Below the pieces are notes generated by a model. It saw only the letters and a list, made by a program, of their open reading frames with translations, did not search any database and was not told the DNA's origin. From NCBI RefSeq assembly GCF_004010195.1, contig NC_057718.1, positions 27,849,974 through 27,913,973 on the forward strand: a DNA stretch of 64,000 bases, read 5' to 3'. Made by a program: the position numbers and the translations under genes. Source of the stretch: Chiloscyllium plagiosum. Taxonomy: Eukaryota. Below, piece by piece: positions 63,951 through 64,000 of this stretch; positions within the stretch are counted from its first letter, which is position 1, and every line of letters begins with the position of its first letter.

Positions 63951-64000
63951 GGATCTGATTTTTTTTAAAGCAATGCAGACCCAGGGAATGGTCTGTAGAA

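Noticed and set aside
1..64000. CRISPR arrays, operons or other prokaryotic systems
   Set aside because: No repeat-spacer arrays or dense coding; the sequence is vertebrate repeat-rich DNA.

Overview
Eukaryotic, repeat-saturated, non-coding DNA. It is most likely from an elasmobranch (shark or ray), because it carries many HE1-type tRNA-derived SINEs and CR1/HER1 LINEs. No intact host gene is visible. Contents: about 15 decayed CR1 LINE copies from several subfamilies, Rex1/Babar and L2 remnants, at least 4 SINE families, three Gypsy remnants, and solo LTRs. One Gypsy remnant can be rebuilt across about 11 kb of nested insertions. There is also a dense set of Penelope-like (PLE) derivatives. 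Several are palindromic, flanked by target-site duplications (TSDs), and carry minimal hammerhead-ribozyme motifs from at least three sequence families; one retains a GIY-YIG endonuclease reading frame. Weaker signals are a phase-compatible chain of decayed exon-like segments (49.3-56.4 kb), a duplicated multi-CCAAT module, and a possible env-bearing LTR element relic (4.5-8.2 kb). An assembly gap lies at 36146-36417. Family assignments come from visual motif recognition, not database searches, and repeat boundaries are approximate unless a TSD is quoted.
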